A stretch of 64,000 nucleotides of DNA from Laetmonice hystrix. Taxonomy: Eukaryota. A model generated the notes under the pieces. It saw only the letters and a list, made by a program, of their open reading frames with translations. It made no database searches and had not been told where the DNA came from. The DNA is taken from contig OZ249436.1 of the NCBI GenBank assembly GCA_965235115.1, positions 44,208,001 to 44,272,000 on the forward strand, written 5' to 3'. Positions within the stretch are counted from its first letter, which is position 1. Each line of letters starts with the position of its first letter. Shown one piece after another: positions 12,433 through 28,347 of the stretch. A program made the position numbers and the translations under genes.

Positions 12433-14914
12433 ACTATAAAAAGAATAGAGAGAAACTGGACAAAGTCTCATTTAAAGGACGAACCTATCGCAACTACACC
12501 AAAGACCTACTAAACACTAAACTGCAAGATATTGACACATCACCGGTGTTTGCCACAGATAACCCAACTAGAGCCTGGGATTTTCTGTACAATCAGATTC
12601 TTATTACAGCGGACCAAATGTGCCCTATGCGTGAATACACGATTAAGACAAAGCACCAGGAATGGCTCACACCAGAAATAATCGAACTGCAGAAAGACAG
12701 AGATTATTTCTTCCAAAAAGCAGCTAAAACTAAAAATGAGGGCGACTGGTTTATTGCACGGAATCTAAGAAATATGGCAAACAAGGCTGTCAGAGCAGCG
12801 AAAGCTGATTATGTAAAAGATGAATTGGATAAAAACAAGTCTGACCCCAAAAAATTCTGGAGGTTAATAAAAACACATGTATTGCCGAGTAACAAAGCTG
12901 GAAATATCAACTTAACTTGCTCAAACGGCAATAAACTTAACCCACAGGAAACGGCAGAGGTAATTAATGATTACTTCGCCAACATTGGCCCGAACCTCGC
13001 AAAGGATATACCCCAGGGCCCAACCACACTGAAAAACACTTCACAATCCTTTACCAACAAATTTGAACTGCAATTAATCACTGAAGAACAAGTTAGGACA
13101 CACCTACAAGACATAGCCACCCACAAATCATCTGGCGTTACGGAGATCAGCTCGACATTTCTGAAAGATAGTCTCATGATATTCAGCAGAGAATTCACAT
13201 ATATAGTAAACCTTATAATATCTACGGGAGAATTCCCCGATGCTTGGAAAATTGCGAATGTAATTCCCATACCAAAAACGGATAATGTAAAAACCCCTGA
13301 CGAACTCAGACCTATTTCACTGTTGCCTATCATGGGTAAAATTACTGAAAAGCTCATACACAAACAGTTGATGGCATACCTAGAAAAGCACAATAAACTT
13401 AACCTGTATCAATTTGGGTTTCGAAAAGGACGATCAACAGCAGAAGCCGTAACCAAACTTCTAGATGAAATTCACCTGTCATTGGACAAGAGAGAAACCA
13501 TACTGGTTCTCTTTCTCGACTTCAGGAAAGCTTTTGACACAGTAAACCATAGTATCCTAACAGATAAGTTAAAACAGTTAAACATAGGTCACTACACCAT
13601 AAAGCTACTTCAATCATACTTGGACAACAGACAACAACGAACACTGTTTAGGGGAGCTAAATCTAGACTCCAATTAATGACTACAGGGGTCCCCCAAGGT
13701 TCTGTACTTGGACCGCTGCTCTTTCTAATCTACATAAACGACCTCCCTAGCTGCTTAACCCACTCCCAAAGCCAATTTTTCGCTGATGACACTGCGTCGA
13801 TCTCAAAACACCACGATAGAGAACTAGCCTACAACAACTTACAAAATGACATACTAGCTATTAATGAATGGTGCCGAGTAAACCAATTAACCTTGAATAA
13901 AAAGAAAACTGAATATATTGAATTCTCCTTTAACCAATGCCCACAAGATACCGAAGCCAGCATTCTGAAACTAGATGACCATATCCTACAAAAGGTTACT
14001 GAGTATAAATATCTAGGTACAATACTTGATCAACGCCTCACTGGAGTACCGCAATATAACAAAATAATGAAATCAATTAACAGCAAAATTGCTACCTTAG
14101 CTAAAATTAGGTATCTAATTAACACTGATACTGCATTAGCTATATACAAAACTACTATACTCCCACTACTTGACTACAATGACTTTATATATTATTTACT
14201 CCCTGAGAGTAAGTTGAAGAAGATTGAAACCCTTCAAAACAGAGCACTTAGATGTGTTTATAACTACCATCCTCTTCACACCCAAGAAATGCGCGAAATG
14301 TCGGGCCTTCCTCACATGAAGGATCGAAGAAAATTACACATGTTGGGTTTAATGTTTAAGCGTAGTAATCTCGAGGAATATATTGATAACAGGCAGCTAA
14401 CCACAAGACAATTTTCCGAGAATATTGTACTGAAAGTCCCAAGCTTTCGACTTACTAAAACAAGTAAATGTCCACAGATCCTAGGTAGTAGACTATGGAA
14501 CGAATCCCCTCAAACAATACGCAAAGCCAAAACGTACCCTCAGTTTAAAACCATGGTTAAAAACTTCTACAACATGGTATAAAAGACAATTCAGCGACCT
14601 ATCCCCTATCCCCCCTCACAACTAGTATAATTGCTACCTTATATTATCTCACCCTGACCCCCTAGGTAAAACTAGAACTGTCTTTGTATATATAATTTTT
14701 TTTTCAATATGTTCACTGTATATATATGTTTGTACCACCACTATATTTGTATATAGCCATTCTCATTCTCGCTACACCTTCGCCAAGCTATACCATAAAA
14801 CGACATGTAAGGAACTCAATAGAGTCCAGATCAGAAGGGACGGAAGACCGGACTGTATATCTCCGAGTCCCTTCATACTGGTACAAAGTTATGTTAATAA
14901 AAAAAAAAAAAAAA
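12433..14914 (+). mobile_element. 5'-truncated CR1/L2-group LINE with poly(A) tail and 7-bp TSD (aatatta)
   Basis: RT ORF 12546..14582, 3'UTR, aataaa running into poly(A); aatatta at 12426-12432 and 14915-14921. Confidence 0.92.
12546..14582 (+). CDS. LINE ORF2 reverse transcriptase (N-terminally truncated, no endonuclease)
   Basis: Motifs LRPISLL, QFGFR, FLDFRKAFDTV, GVPQGSVLGPLLF, FADD, YKYLG. Confidence 0.93.
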   Translation: MFATDNPTRAWDFLYNQILITADQMCPMREYTIKTKHQEWLTPEIIELQKDRDYFFQKAAKTKNEGDWFIARNLRNMANKAVRAAKADYVKDELDKNKSDPKKFWRLIKTHVLPSNKAGNINLTCSNGNKLNPQETAEVINDYFANIGPNLAKDIPQGPTTLKNTSQSFTNKFELQLITEEQVRTHLQDIATHKSSGVTEISSTFLKDSLMIFSREFTYIVNLIISTGEFPDAWKIANVIPIPKTDNVKTPDELRPISLLPIMGKITEKLIHKQLMAYLEKHNKLNLYQFGFRKGRSTAEAVTKLLDEIHLSLDKRETILVLFLDFRKAFDTVNHSILTDKLKQLNIGHYTIKLLQSYLDNRQQRTLFRGAKSRLQLMTTGVPQGSVLGPLLFLIYINDLPSCLTHSQSQFFADDTASISKHHDRELAYNNLQNDILAINEWCRVNQLTLNKKKTEYIEFSFNQCPQDTEASILKLDDHILQKVTEYKYLGTILDQRLTGVPQYNKIMKSINSKIATLAKIRYLINTDTALAIYKTTILPLLDYNDFIYYLLPESKLKKIETLQNRALRCVYNYHPLHTQEMREMSGLPHMKDRRKLHMLGLMFKRSNLEEYIDNRQLTTRQFSENIVLKVPSFRLTKTSKCPQILGSRLWNESPQTIRKAKTYPQFKTMVKNFYNMV

Positions 14915-15719
14915 AATATTACTTTTGCATTGCCGTCAAGTGTTTTCACCCCCTCGTGCAAATAGGCTCCTAGGCATTCTTAACGTAAGTTTAATAGAAC
15001 AGCCTGGGGGGTGACAGCGTATGATAGCAAAGCGGAAACTACGCGAGGCTGAGTTCAGAATCATAGAACTATGTTCAGAATCTTGTATAGCCTCTAGTCT
15101 AGGCTATAGCTCTAGGCCTAGCTAGATAAAGCAGTCGTGAACACGATGAATCCCTGTAGCCTATCTAATTTCCCGACATAAGAAGTATATGTGGTGACTG
15201 ATTGTTAATTGGTCATGGTTTTGATCATGGTTTACTGGTAGAATTGTGAGTACTGACGCACTGAGGCTCAGCATACCGGTAGGCCTAGGTCTAGATGATG
15301 AGTCTTATGGAGTAAAGTTAAACTGACTGTGCAGTCGTCGATGGGTCCTGGCATAGACAGGAAAAGTGCGGCAGTCATAAAATAAAACAAATATGGCACT
15401 TGGTATCGTGCAATATGAAAATTTATGGCACTCTGGAAACTGATATTGCACTCCGCTTCGCGTCGTGCAATATCAGTTGCCATCGTGCCATAAATTTTCA
15501 TATTGCACTCAACCAAGTGCCATATTTGTATAATATCTAGCTGTTGGTATTGAACTGTGCAGCCTCCTTGCTGGGATAGATCGATTTAAGTTACTGAAGA
15601 GATATAGAACAAATCGATTCCACTCAAACCGAATATATCTTGCAAACCGTTTCAAACTAGTAGATCTACCGCCGCAGAAGTGTGTCAATTTATACCTGAT
15701 TCGGACCCAGCCTGCAGAT

Positions 15720-16589
15720 GTCCGCTCACAGCAATAACACCACAGATATCGTCCGCTCACAGCAATAACACCACAGATATCGTAACAATAACACCACAGA
15801 TATCGTCCGCCCATAGCAATAACACCACAGATATCGTCCGCCCACAGCAATAACACCACAGATATCGTAACAATAACACCACAGATATCGTCCGCCCATA
15901 GCAATAACACCACAGATATCGTCCGCCCACAGCAATAACACCACAGATATCGTCCGCCCACAGCAGTAACACCACAGATATCGTCCGTCCATAGCAATAA
16001 CACCACAGATATCGTCCGCCCACAGCAATAACACCACAGATATGGTCCGCCAATAGCAAGAACACCACAGATATCGTCCGCCCATAGCAATAACACCACA
16101 GATATCGTCCGCCCATAGCAGTAACACCACAGATATCGTCCGCTCACAGCAATAACACCACAGATATCGTCCGCCCACAGCAATAACACCACAGATATCG
16201 TCCGCTCACAGCAATAACACCACAGATATCGTCCACAGCAATAACACCACAGATATCGTATGCCCACAGCAATAACACCACAGATATCGTCCGCTCACAG
16301 CAATAACACCACAGATATCGTCCGCTCACAGCAATAACACCACAGATATCGTCCACAGCAATAACACCACAGATATCGTCCACAGCAATAACACCACAGA
16401 TATCGTATGCCCACAGCAATAACACCACAGATATCGTCCGCCCACAGCAATAACACCACAGATATCGTCCGCCCACAGCAATAACACCACAGATATCGTC
16501 CGTCCATAGCAATAACACCACAGATATCGTCCGCCCACAGCAATAACACCACAGATATCGTCCGCCCATAACAATAACACCACAGATAT
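15720..16589. repeat. ~31-bp minisatellite (agcaataacaccacagatatcgtccgcccac)n
   Basis: Tandem units with deletion variants. Confidence 0.95.
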
Positions 16590-18410
16590 AGGCCTACCTG
16601 GCACAAGAAGAATCGACTTCCTGTACAAGTTTGACCTGATTAGCCAGCATTTCCATGCCTGTATTAATTATGAACTCAGTAAGACGGCAAGCCTACAGCT
16701 CGCTGGTGCCACTGATGGAGTCAGTCGGCTCCCGCCTGCCGTTGTCCATGGTGATGAGTGGGGGGGGGGGGGGGGTTCAGCCAAGCAATCAATGTATCGA
16801 CTGATCAGTCCACGGTTTGTGTTGACCCAAGGTTTGAATATATTACCCTAAACAACAACAATTGACTCAGCTGGCATATATGGTCTTATGGCAGGTGGCA
16901 GTAGAGTGAAAACTGCATAATAATTTTCAGATCATTCCTGTGTTAAGGTATCAATAAAGATCAGATATTCCATGGAGATTGGGACGATTGGCCTACTATG
17001 CGTACAAGCCTATTAACCCAGAGTCTAGACTACATACTGACGGATCCAGGAGCTATAGTTATAACGCTCTTTTGTTGTATGTAACATACATTTCTCTATT
17101 TTTCTTTTGAGATGCACGGGCGTCAGGGGTAACCCAATTACTTTGACAATGTCCCTAAAGAGAAAAGTTGTATAGTCCTCTACAGGAATCGAACCCAGGC
17201 CCTAAGATTACTGCACCCATTCGCATAGCATAAGGTGTCCTATGAACGACACCCATGCCGTGATTAGCTGCAACTATATTGCTTCAACATTTCTACTCAT
17301 GATGTCCTAAGATGGACCAGTGCTGTAAATATGACAACATTATTTTAAAATGATAATTTGGGGAAGCTAAAAGGGGCACGTGCCCGCTGTGCCCCCCGGA
17401 TCCCCTTATGCTAAAGGATGATATACTTACCAGTTCACTGTAACCATGGTTTTTCAAAGTTGGGCAAGCCAAGGTTACCCCAACTCCGTAGCCATTGTCT
17501 CTGGGTCTGTTAGTCTAATTAATGACCACAATCACTGCTCAATGAGCCATACATCTGGGCCGATAACCATTGCCCAGATTTGTCGAGTGTTGCCAAACAT
17601 GGGCAGCGATGGTTGAATTCAGCTGACTTTGTGAACCATCCAGGTAAAAAGGTGAGCCTACACTCCTTCTGTGACAATAATTGTTGGTCCATGCGAACGT
17701 GCACCTTCAAGACACAACGTCTGCTAATGGTGGTTACGTCTCGACGTGCACCTTCAAGATCCAGCGTCTAAAGGTGGCTATGTCTGGCTCGCCCTAATCG
17801 ATATGTATACATACAATACCCATCACGTAGTCTCCTGAGTTGCCTTGTAGGTTGCCACCGTAATTATTCAGTAAACAGAATTCCCAATGCAGGCCTGCCT
17901 ACACCTCATCCAGGTGCCTGCCAATGCAGAGCAGTGACCTTACTGGCAGGTGACCTTAGTGGTCGGGGTGTACATGCGGAAGTTACCTGGAGCTGATTGG
18001 ATGACGGCTCAAGACTTGTTTCTAATCGTTTATCAATATAAATCGATCAATAACGTTCACTGAGTCAATGCTGGCTGCAGACGACGTCAAAACGTTACGA
18101 GAACGCTGTGTCCTTCTCGAGGTCAAATTGGCGGATACTCACAACCGGACAAATCATGCCGGTTTTACGTGTTTCGTGTCACGTGATAATATGCGGTTCA
18201 GGACATGTAACTTCGCATTGATGATCATGAATAGATTATAGGGGTCCATTGCCAGACAACAGGTGCACAGTTGGCGTCTAGGAGAACTCCACGTGATGGA
18301 CCGACTGGGACCCCCGGCCGACGGCGAGACGCCCATCTCTGTAGTCTGACATTATATTAAAAGCCACGACTGACTGACTGACTGATTGGCTGGCTGACTG
18401 GCTGACTGAT

Positions 18411-19439
18411 TGACTGACTGATTGACTGACTGAGGTAGATCTAGGGCCTACATGACGCGGGCGTGAACACCATCAGCTGGGAATTCATTGTGACGGTTCT
18501 ATAGATTATACACGGCCTCCATCAGCTGGGACATTCATTGTGACGGTTCTATAGATTATACACGGCCTCCATCAGCTGGGACATTCATTGTGACGGTTCT
18601 ATAGATTATACACGGCCTCCATCAGCTGGGACATTCATTGTGACGGTTCTATAGATTATACACCGCCTCCATCAGCTCGGACATTCATTGTGACGGTTCT
18701 ATAGATTATACACGGCCATCAGCTGGGACATTCATTGTGACGGTTCTATAGATTATACACCGCCTCCTACACGGAATTACTGGGGGGGCGTGGCCCCCTG
18801 TTCCTAATGCATAGTAAATGCCAGATGCTATGGTATATAATAAACTGTTGGAATTTCTACTAGTTTTGAAAGAACTCGAACGATCCATATAACGGCATCA
18901 TGTGATGTAAGATGGCCCATGACTGACTGATTGACTGACTGAGGCAGATCTAGGGCCTACATGACGCGGGCGTGAACACCATCAGCTGGGAATTCATTGT
19001 GACGGTTCTATAGATTATACACGGCCTCCATCAGCTGGGACATTCATTGTGACGGTTCTATAGATTATACACGGCCTCCATCAGCTGGGACATTCATTGT
19101 GACGGTTCTATAGATTATACACGGCCTCCATCAGCTGGGACATTCATTGTGACGGTTCTATAGATTATACACCGCCTCCATCAGCTCGGACATTCATTGT
19201 GACGGTTCTATAGATTATACACGGCCATCAGCTGGGACATTCATTGTGACGGTTCTATAGATTATACACCGCCTCCTACACGGAATTACTGGGGGGGGGG
19301 GGGGGCGTGGCCCCCTGTTCCTAATGCATAGTAAATGCCAGATGCTATGGTATATAATAAACTGTTGGAATTTCTACTAGTTTTGAAAGAACTCGAACGA
19401 TCCATATAACGGCATCATGTGATGTAAGATGGCCCATGA
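18411..19439. repeat. Tandem duplication of ~510 bp, each copy containing a 49-50-bp minisatellite
   Basis: 18411-18920 is almost identical to 18921-19439; junction lies at a (tgac)n microsatellite. Confidence 0.9.
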
Positions 19440-19575
19440 GGATTCCATTGATGACACGTGTCTCTTCTGTAAGGACAAATACTCAAAGTCTACCATCGAT
19501 GGATGGATTCAATGCACCTTAGTGCCAACAAAATGCCCAGAATCAATGTGCTGGTGTCGTATTCGATGATGTTTA

Positions 19576-20240
19576 TACCCCCATCACACTGGATAAAGAC
19601 CTTACGGCGACCACGGCGACCTCGCAGATCGCCGTTGGTCGCCGTCAACATCAGAAAACCCCTCCAAGTGTGACTGCAATGCCGCTCCCACCCTGCTGCC
19701 ACGACGTGGAAAAATGCAATTCTCGGACAATTTAGGCCGTCCCTACTACGTCGTATGGCGTTGCTACCACGTCCTATACGATCACACTGCGCTCACTGCG
19801 CAGCAAGAACGCAGCTCTGACGTCATGAGCGCAGCGGCAGCACCGTGCGGAGCGTGTAAAGGGCTCATTAGGGTCACCGAGGTCTCGGTAGCATCGTGGT
19901 AAGAGCGCCGGGCCAGCGCCATGGGACGGGAAGGTCGAGGCTACACCGTTCACTGGCGCTCGACCTTCGCTCTCAGGAATCTGGTACTGCGCTCCTAGGA
20001 CGCTGATGGTGATCGCATTTCGATCTAACTGCGCTTTTAGATCCACGGCGACCCTGCGGCGTAAATTTTGTGCATGTTCAAAATTGGTCGGCGCTCATGG
20101 TGACCATATGACGACCCAGGGAGACACTATCTCGCTCCTATGACGCCCAGAAGGACCTCAAGGCACTCTATCCACGCTCTACGGCGATCTGGCCCATTTT
20201 CTAGAGCGCAGCTAGATCGCCTTCTAGTGTGATGGGGGTA
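19576..20240. mobile_element. PIF/Harbinger-type MITE
   Basis: TTA|tacccccatcacact ... agtgtgatgggggta|TTA: 15-bp perfect TIR and 3-bp TTA TSD. Confidence 0.8.
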
Positions 20241-23200
20241 TTACCTACGTTTGTGATGACTGTGTCTGATTTGTTTAGATCAAGGGGCGTTTTCCCATCA
20301 TGATAGACCGTCTTACCCCAGTGTGGGGGTAAAATGGACCCCGAGCGCGAACATTTTCTCTGACCTGTAATTCAATTGTCATTTAAGATAGGCAGCCCAA
20401 CTGTAGGCCTATAAATGTGATGCCCACCCCCACCCCCTACCCCCTACCCCCTACCCCCTGACTCACATGGCGTCATATGGAAAACAAATATAGGCCTTTT
20501 CGAAATCTGGTAAGTAGAAATAGCTGTCGTTCCACGTCTGTGGACAAAAGAGATGTCAGAGGGTGGGGTATAAATGAAATATTCGTACACTTGGGGGACA
20601 GGACGACCGACGTGCTGCAGTCTATAGGCTGGCCATACACTGAAGAGGGTAAACATGAGTTGTATTGACATTGTTCCGGGTCCGTCCACCTGGAGCGTTA
20701 GCACCGTCGACAGCGAGTATAGCCTCCGCTGGCAGACGAAAACCGCATTTTGTGAAAGCGGTGACTCAATTCGTTACGGATCGTAGCGTAAGGCTAAGTT
20801 CCTCTATTATAGATAGGGTAAACCATAGCTGAAAGTTATTGTTTATGATTCAAATTCTAAATGATCCGATATAGAATTAGATCTAAGCCTGGTGGATCCG
20901 ATAAATTACGCTTCAATTTTAGTAGATCTATATCAATTTATTATTACTACTTCTGAAATAAACACCAGAATAACAGGATTATGATAAGAAATTCTCATTC
21001 CATATCCTGTATGACCATACATGTATTCGCTTAGCTTTGTTCACCCTGTAATTTCCATTATCACATGACGAATGGCCCGCTCCAAGTACACATGCACTTG
21101 TCCAAGACACATGTACCGGAACTGTGTGTTTCCAGATTTATAATACGTGGGCAGTCTGGCATGAGGCTTCACAATGACACAACACCGCATGGGCGCCGGG
21201 ACCGGGGGTCAGGGGAGGGGCCTGCCCCCCCCCCAACTCTTACGCCGGAGGGAAGCATACACTTTGCCCCCCCCCCCCCCCGTTCATAGGAGAGACATTG
21301 CCCCCCCCCCCCCGTGAATATCTCGTGAATATCTCCGAAAGAACCCCAACCCCCCCCCCCCCAACCCCCCCCCCCCCCAAAAAAAAAACAAAAAAAAACA
21401 GGCCAATATTTGGAAAGGTGTACGTTTTCCCAATGTTAAACCAATGGGGAATAATTGTGACGTGACGGTTGCTGCATGTCGCCAGCGATGCTCATTAACA
21501 TAACGTTTTGATAACTAGGTCACGAGACTTACGCTCCCTATAGCGCCTGCATTCATACAATTTCATACATTCTTATTTTATTTCAATGATATTGAATTAC
21601 CACCGTGATTTCTGAGATAGGAATGTGATGCGAGCACTGGGCTAACGCATTCAAAAGCATAATTAGGTCGAAACTGCATCAGATCTGAAGCATGCATAGG
21701 GTTGATGCTGAACATCTGATTGGTTGACATAACAGGCTTTATACCACCCTGCAGGCCAATCAGCTTTACTGATTGTATTGCTGCTGGCTTCCGTGCGGAC
21801 AATGTTATATCCAGTGAGTCGATGATATGACAACTAATCAGGAACTTCATACAAGCTTAAACTTGATGACCCACAATACAAGTTTCCTGTCGGAGCTGAA
21901 CCAGCGCCAATCATCAGTGCGTGTCCCCCAGACATCAAGGGAGTCATTGATAGAGTATACATGTATAGTAGTGCTGCAGTAGGCCTATACATTTGTACTA
22001 CGATTGCTTGAAAAAAATCACCTTCAATTTTCCCTGACATTATAAGGAAATACCCCCAGAAAAGTATTTATAAGCCGGAACCCTTTTCCTTGGGGGGGGG
22101 GGGGTGGTCTTAGATCCATAGAGTACAATCTATCCAAAGATCAAACACATCAGAAAAGGGGGAATAGACTCTATGTACCAACTGCTTCCCCGAGAACATT
22201 TCAAATGCACATCAAATGGAATATTCCTTCTATAATGGGTGTAGATCTACAGCATAGTGTAAGCCTTATGATTCCTGGGGCGGATCCAGGTTTGGCCAAT
22301 TAGAGGTTGGGAGTTGTGGGGTGCCAAGACAGGGGGGGGGGGTCTGTATGTTTGGTTTGAACCTTTCAAGCAGACAAAAAAAGAAAATTGACTTCGTAAC
22401 GGGGAAGGGGTTGCAACCCCAATAACCCCCCGCCCGATCCGCCACTGGATGCCTGATCGTTAGTGGCGTTTACTGCGTGTAGACTATGTACATGCTTGGA
22501 TTGGATGCACACATATTGGATGCACAGTTAATCACCAGGACGACGCAACTTACCTTCAGTATATCGTATAGAGTCTATGAATATACACCTGGCCGTACTC
22601 TGGGATCATTTATCACAACTGTGTTCTGTTCAGTTGAGTAACCTTGCTTCAATCCAAGCAGCCACCAGCTCGACTAATCCATGAGATGTGAATCCCAGAA
22701 CGTCGTCTTTGATATAACAGCACGGGCCGGGTTACCCCATTCTACCCTCGGGTTTACCTAACAGGGTAAAGTAAATACTTTCTAAGTTGTGGACTGTAGG
22801 CCCCTTGGTCGAGTACATGTGCACTCTGAATTTAGTTGAGTATACACCTGAGAACTGACATGCTTATAGTAGGCCTAACCACCGTAAACAACACAGTCAT
22901 GCGGTAAGGCATGAGCCTATAGGTCTTCCGGTAGGCAACTCAGTGGCAGATCCAGAAGGAGGGGGGGGGGGTCGGCGACGCCCAGCCCCCCCCCCCCCTC
23001 AAATTTCCCTTTTTATAACCAAAATGCCTTATTTTTTACAACCAAAAGTGGCCCCTTTTTTTACAACGGACCCCTTGATCTGTCCTTTTTACCCCCCCCC
23101 CCCCCTCCGAATATAGACCCTATAGGCCTAGATCCGCCCAGGCTGTAACTGGTGAGCCGGTATGATGATAGCGATGATGTGGGATGATGACACTGATGAG

Positions 23201-23451
23201 AAACTATAGGGCCTAGAGGGTCATAGAATGGCACGTACATCAGGTGAGGTCGTGTAATTTAACTGTGATACATTGTATTGGCTAAATATTTGAAAATATG
23301 ACTCTAAGCTACCGTACGGGACCACATTAGCAACCTCCCGTATGGAGACAAACGACAGCCTGGGTGGGATTGAGTGTTGTTAGCTCGTTAATAGCAGAGA
23401 ATAAGGTGAACGAACTAAAAGACCCCTAGCGGGGAAAGAGTTATATGTCGT

Positions 23452-24003
23452 CCACCAGGGGGCGCCAATGACCAACAATTAGCACAATGCAATAATTACC
23501 AGACCATGAAAGGGGCTCTCAGTTGCTCGGCCCTCATTTAAAGCGAGGGTCTCGTCCTTCAGCATTGTGCGATAAGGGGTCCCCCCTAACGGTCGATGTG
23601 CTATTTATAGATGTCAGTTCCTATGCTACAGCATAGGATGGACGTGAAATAGGTCACTAGGCCGAGGTGGTTGCGAGCATGGTCTAACGGACGAGACTGC
23701 TGCTTTAAATGGGCGGCGGAGACTTCCCAGGTGTGGTTATAGGCCTAGAAAATAGTAGGCCTAGATGTCTTCAACCACTGCCCCCTAGATCTGTGCAATG
23801 GATAGACCTCCAAATAGTTTCAGCCTACCCCTTTCATCAATAAATAGACCTAGCCTGCTGTCCAGGGCTGGGTGGGGAGCTGTTCCAGCAGGTAGACGGA
23901 GCCGGTAGGGGGCAGTCATGCGGCAGTCATGCGTGTTCATGTTTGCTTTCTGTCACGTCCACTGGGGGCGCTGCAGACAAGGCGACAGTGGCGCCATCTT
24001 GTG
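23452..24003. promoter_or_regulatory. Cluster of CTCF-like motifs in the DCTN5 promoter region
   Basis: CCACCAGGGGGCGC at 23452-23465 (consensus); related motifs at 23778 (-), 23902 (+), 23959 (+), 23991 (-; also YY1-like AAGATGGCG). Confidence 0.45.
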
Positions 24004-24110
24004 TGAACAACTCTCATGAATACAGCAACAGGAAGGTGAGACTCGAGATTGGTTGAATTTGACGGACTGCCTGAGTCTCTACATCGTCGGTTACCATCAT
24101 CTTGATCAAA

Positions 24111-26621
<2,511 letters not shown>

Positions 26622-28347
26622 GTACGTAAATGGGTGTCTGACTCTGAGGATCTTTTTATACATGTGGTAGTAACCGTACCATATTAGCTCTGAAAATCTC
26701 TATAGCAATCAATAACCTTTACCTGATGTACAATTTAGTGAATTTGTTCTTTCCCCCCTCACCAGATTGTTGTATTCTTGTTCAAACATTGTTGTTTCCT
26801 TTCAGATGGATCTGAAAACATCAAATACTGCCTTTTGTTTAGGAATCCAAGGTTTCCTGCTCTGCCCATATCTATTTATAAAAGTAGTGACTCAGAGAAA
26901 ACCAGTGGTTATCTAGTCACTAATAGCTTCAATGCACTTGAAATTTGTGAAAATGTATAATTAGTTATGCTGGAAAGGATGTTGTTTTTAATTCTGTCTG
27001 GGAGTGGACGAGGGAATCATAATGGTGAATGTCCCAGGATGGTGAATCATGTTTTTGTCAATCAGAATTACTAGGTTTAAATCCAGGTTATTGTCTGGGT
27101 TTGGTTTTTTTTCAGTGAACGGATCATTTTTCTGTCATTAAACTTATTTTCAATGTACATGTTAATATTATGGTCTGTCATGGCCATGCCAAGTTCGTAC
27201 CAGTAGTGTTTAATGAGACTTAGCACCATTGGTTTAAAGTTGATCATTGCAAATTTTATATATCCATAGTAAATACTGATATCATGAGTATTTTGAATCA
27301 TACGCATTGTCGAAATGAAGCCCAAGTAACAGATTTAGGCCACACCAACTCTCTTTAAAATGAACTTTACCAAAAGTAAAATGAACTTAAATGACAACAT
27401 TCCATGAACTTCAATATTATATAACTGATATATAAATGTAACAGACTTGAGGGACTTGTGTTTTAAATAGAATTTCTCTGCAGTGACTTTCTGGCAACTG
27501 TTTCTGGGGACCCATATGTAGGGCATGCATGTCCAGCTTTCCTTGTTCGTGATACAATATAAAGGCTTGTCTCGCCCAGATAGAAAGCTGTGTAAGGTGG
27601 AAGGAATGTCGTCCTTTCAATAAGGGTATTTTTATCAGTTAATACCTGGTTTATCCAAGGTGGAGGGGAGAATGTCCTGGATATAATGTGACTTTATTCA
27701 GATCTGTGTATATAAGCTTGTATATTGGACGGTGCATAGTAATTAAGGAATAAAGATGCTTGAATAACACATTGTATTTTTTACTTGTTTTATTTTGCCT
27801 TGCTACCTCCGTGTAAATGTGACTCTATTAACATGACTTTGATAAATTCTGATTTCTCTGTGGTACTTTAATATGTAGTGTAAGTACTGTAACGATCATT
27901 TTCGTATAAGGGGGGGGGGGGGGCGCTCCTTTAGCTACGACAGGTGAGCTTCATTTTCGTATTTATAAGGGGGGGGGCGCTCCTTTAGCTGCGACAGGTG
28001 AGCTTCAAGGCTAGGAGTAAGGAGTACAGTGGCATGCTTTCTCTGCCTATCTTTTCCTGAAACATCATAGATAACATCAGGGATGAACACAACACCAACC
28101 GAGCAAAGTGTTTATATTTTCTGAATGACATATGATACCAAATATTAATATTAAGAAAAAATGATATCTGCACACGTACAGCACACAAGTAGCATTGTCC
28201 CAAATGAAATCGGCCCTTTTTATAGCATGGTTCCCGCCTCCCCTGTACACCAGTAGGTCGCGGAACAAGGCTACCCTTTTTCCAACTGGCATGAATTTAC
28301 AAATGAAGAAGGAATACATGTATTAGAGAAGGAAAGAAAAATGATCC

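Larger units (their letters stand above)
12321..15530. mobile_element. Non-autonomous DNA-type repeat with 30-bp inverted repeats and a terminal ~130-bp palindrome, split by a LINE insertion
   Basis: ttattttatggctgccgcactttccctgtc (12321-12350) is the inverse of 15356-15385 with 2 mismatches; hairpin at 15391-15523 centred on tccgcttcgcgtc. Confidence 0.55.

Noticed and set aside
15509..16628. Cys-rich repetitive ORFs
   Set aside because: Translations of a 31-bp minisatellite.
17170..17235. tRNA-like B box (ggaatcgaaccc) on the minus strand
   Set aside because: No complete cloverleaf; at most a decayed SINE head.
23190..23206. ctgatgag...gaaac hammerhead-like core
   Set aside because: The two core motifs overlap with no stem II or flanking stems.
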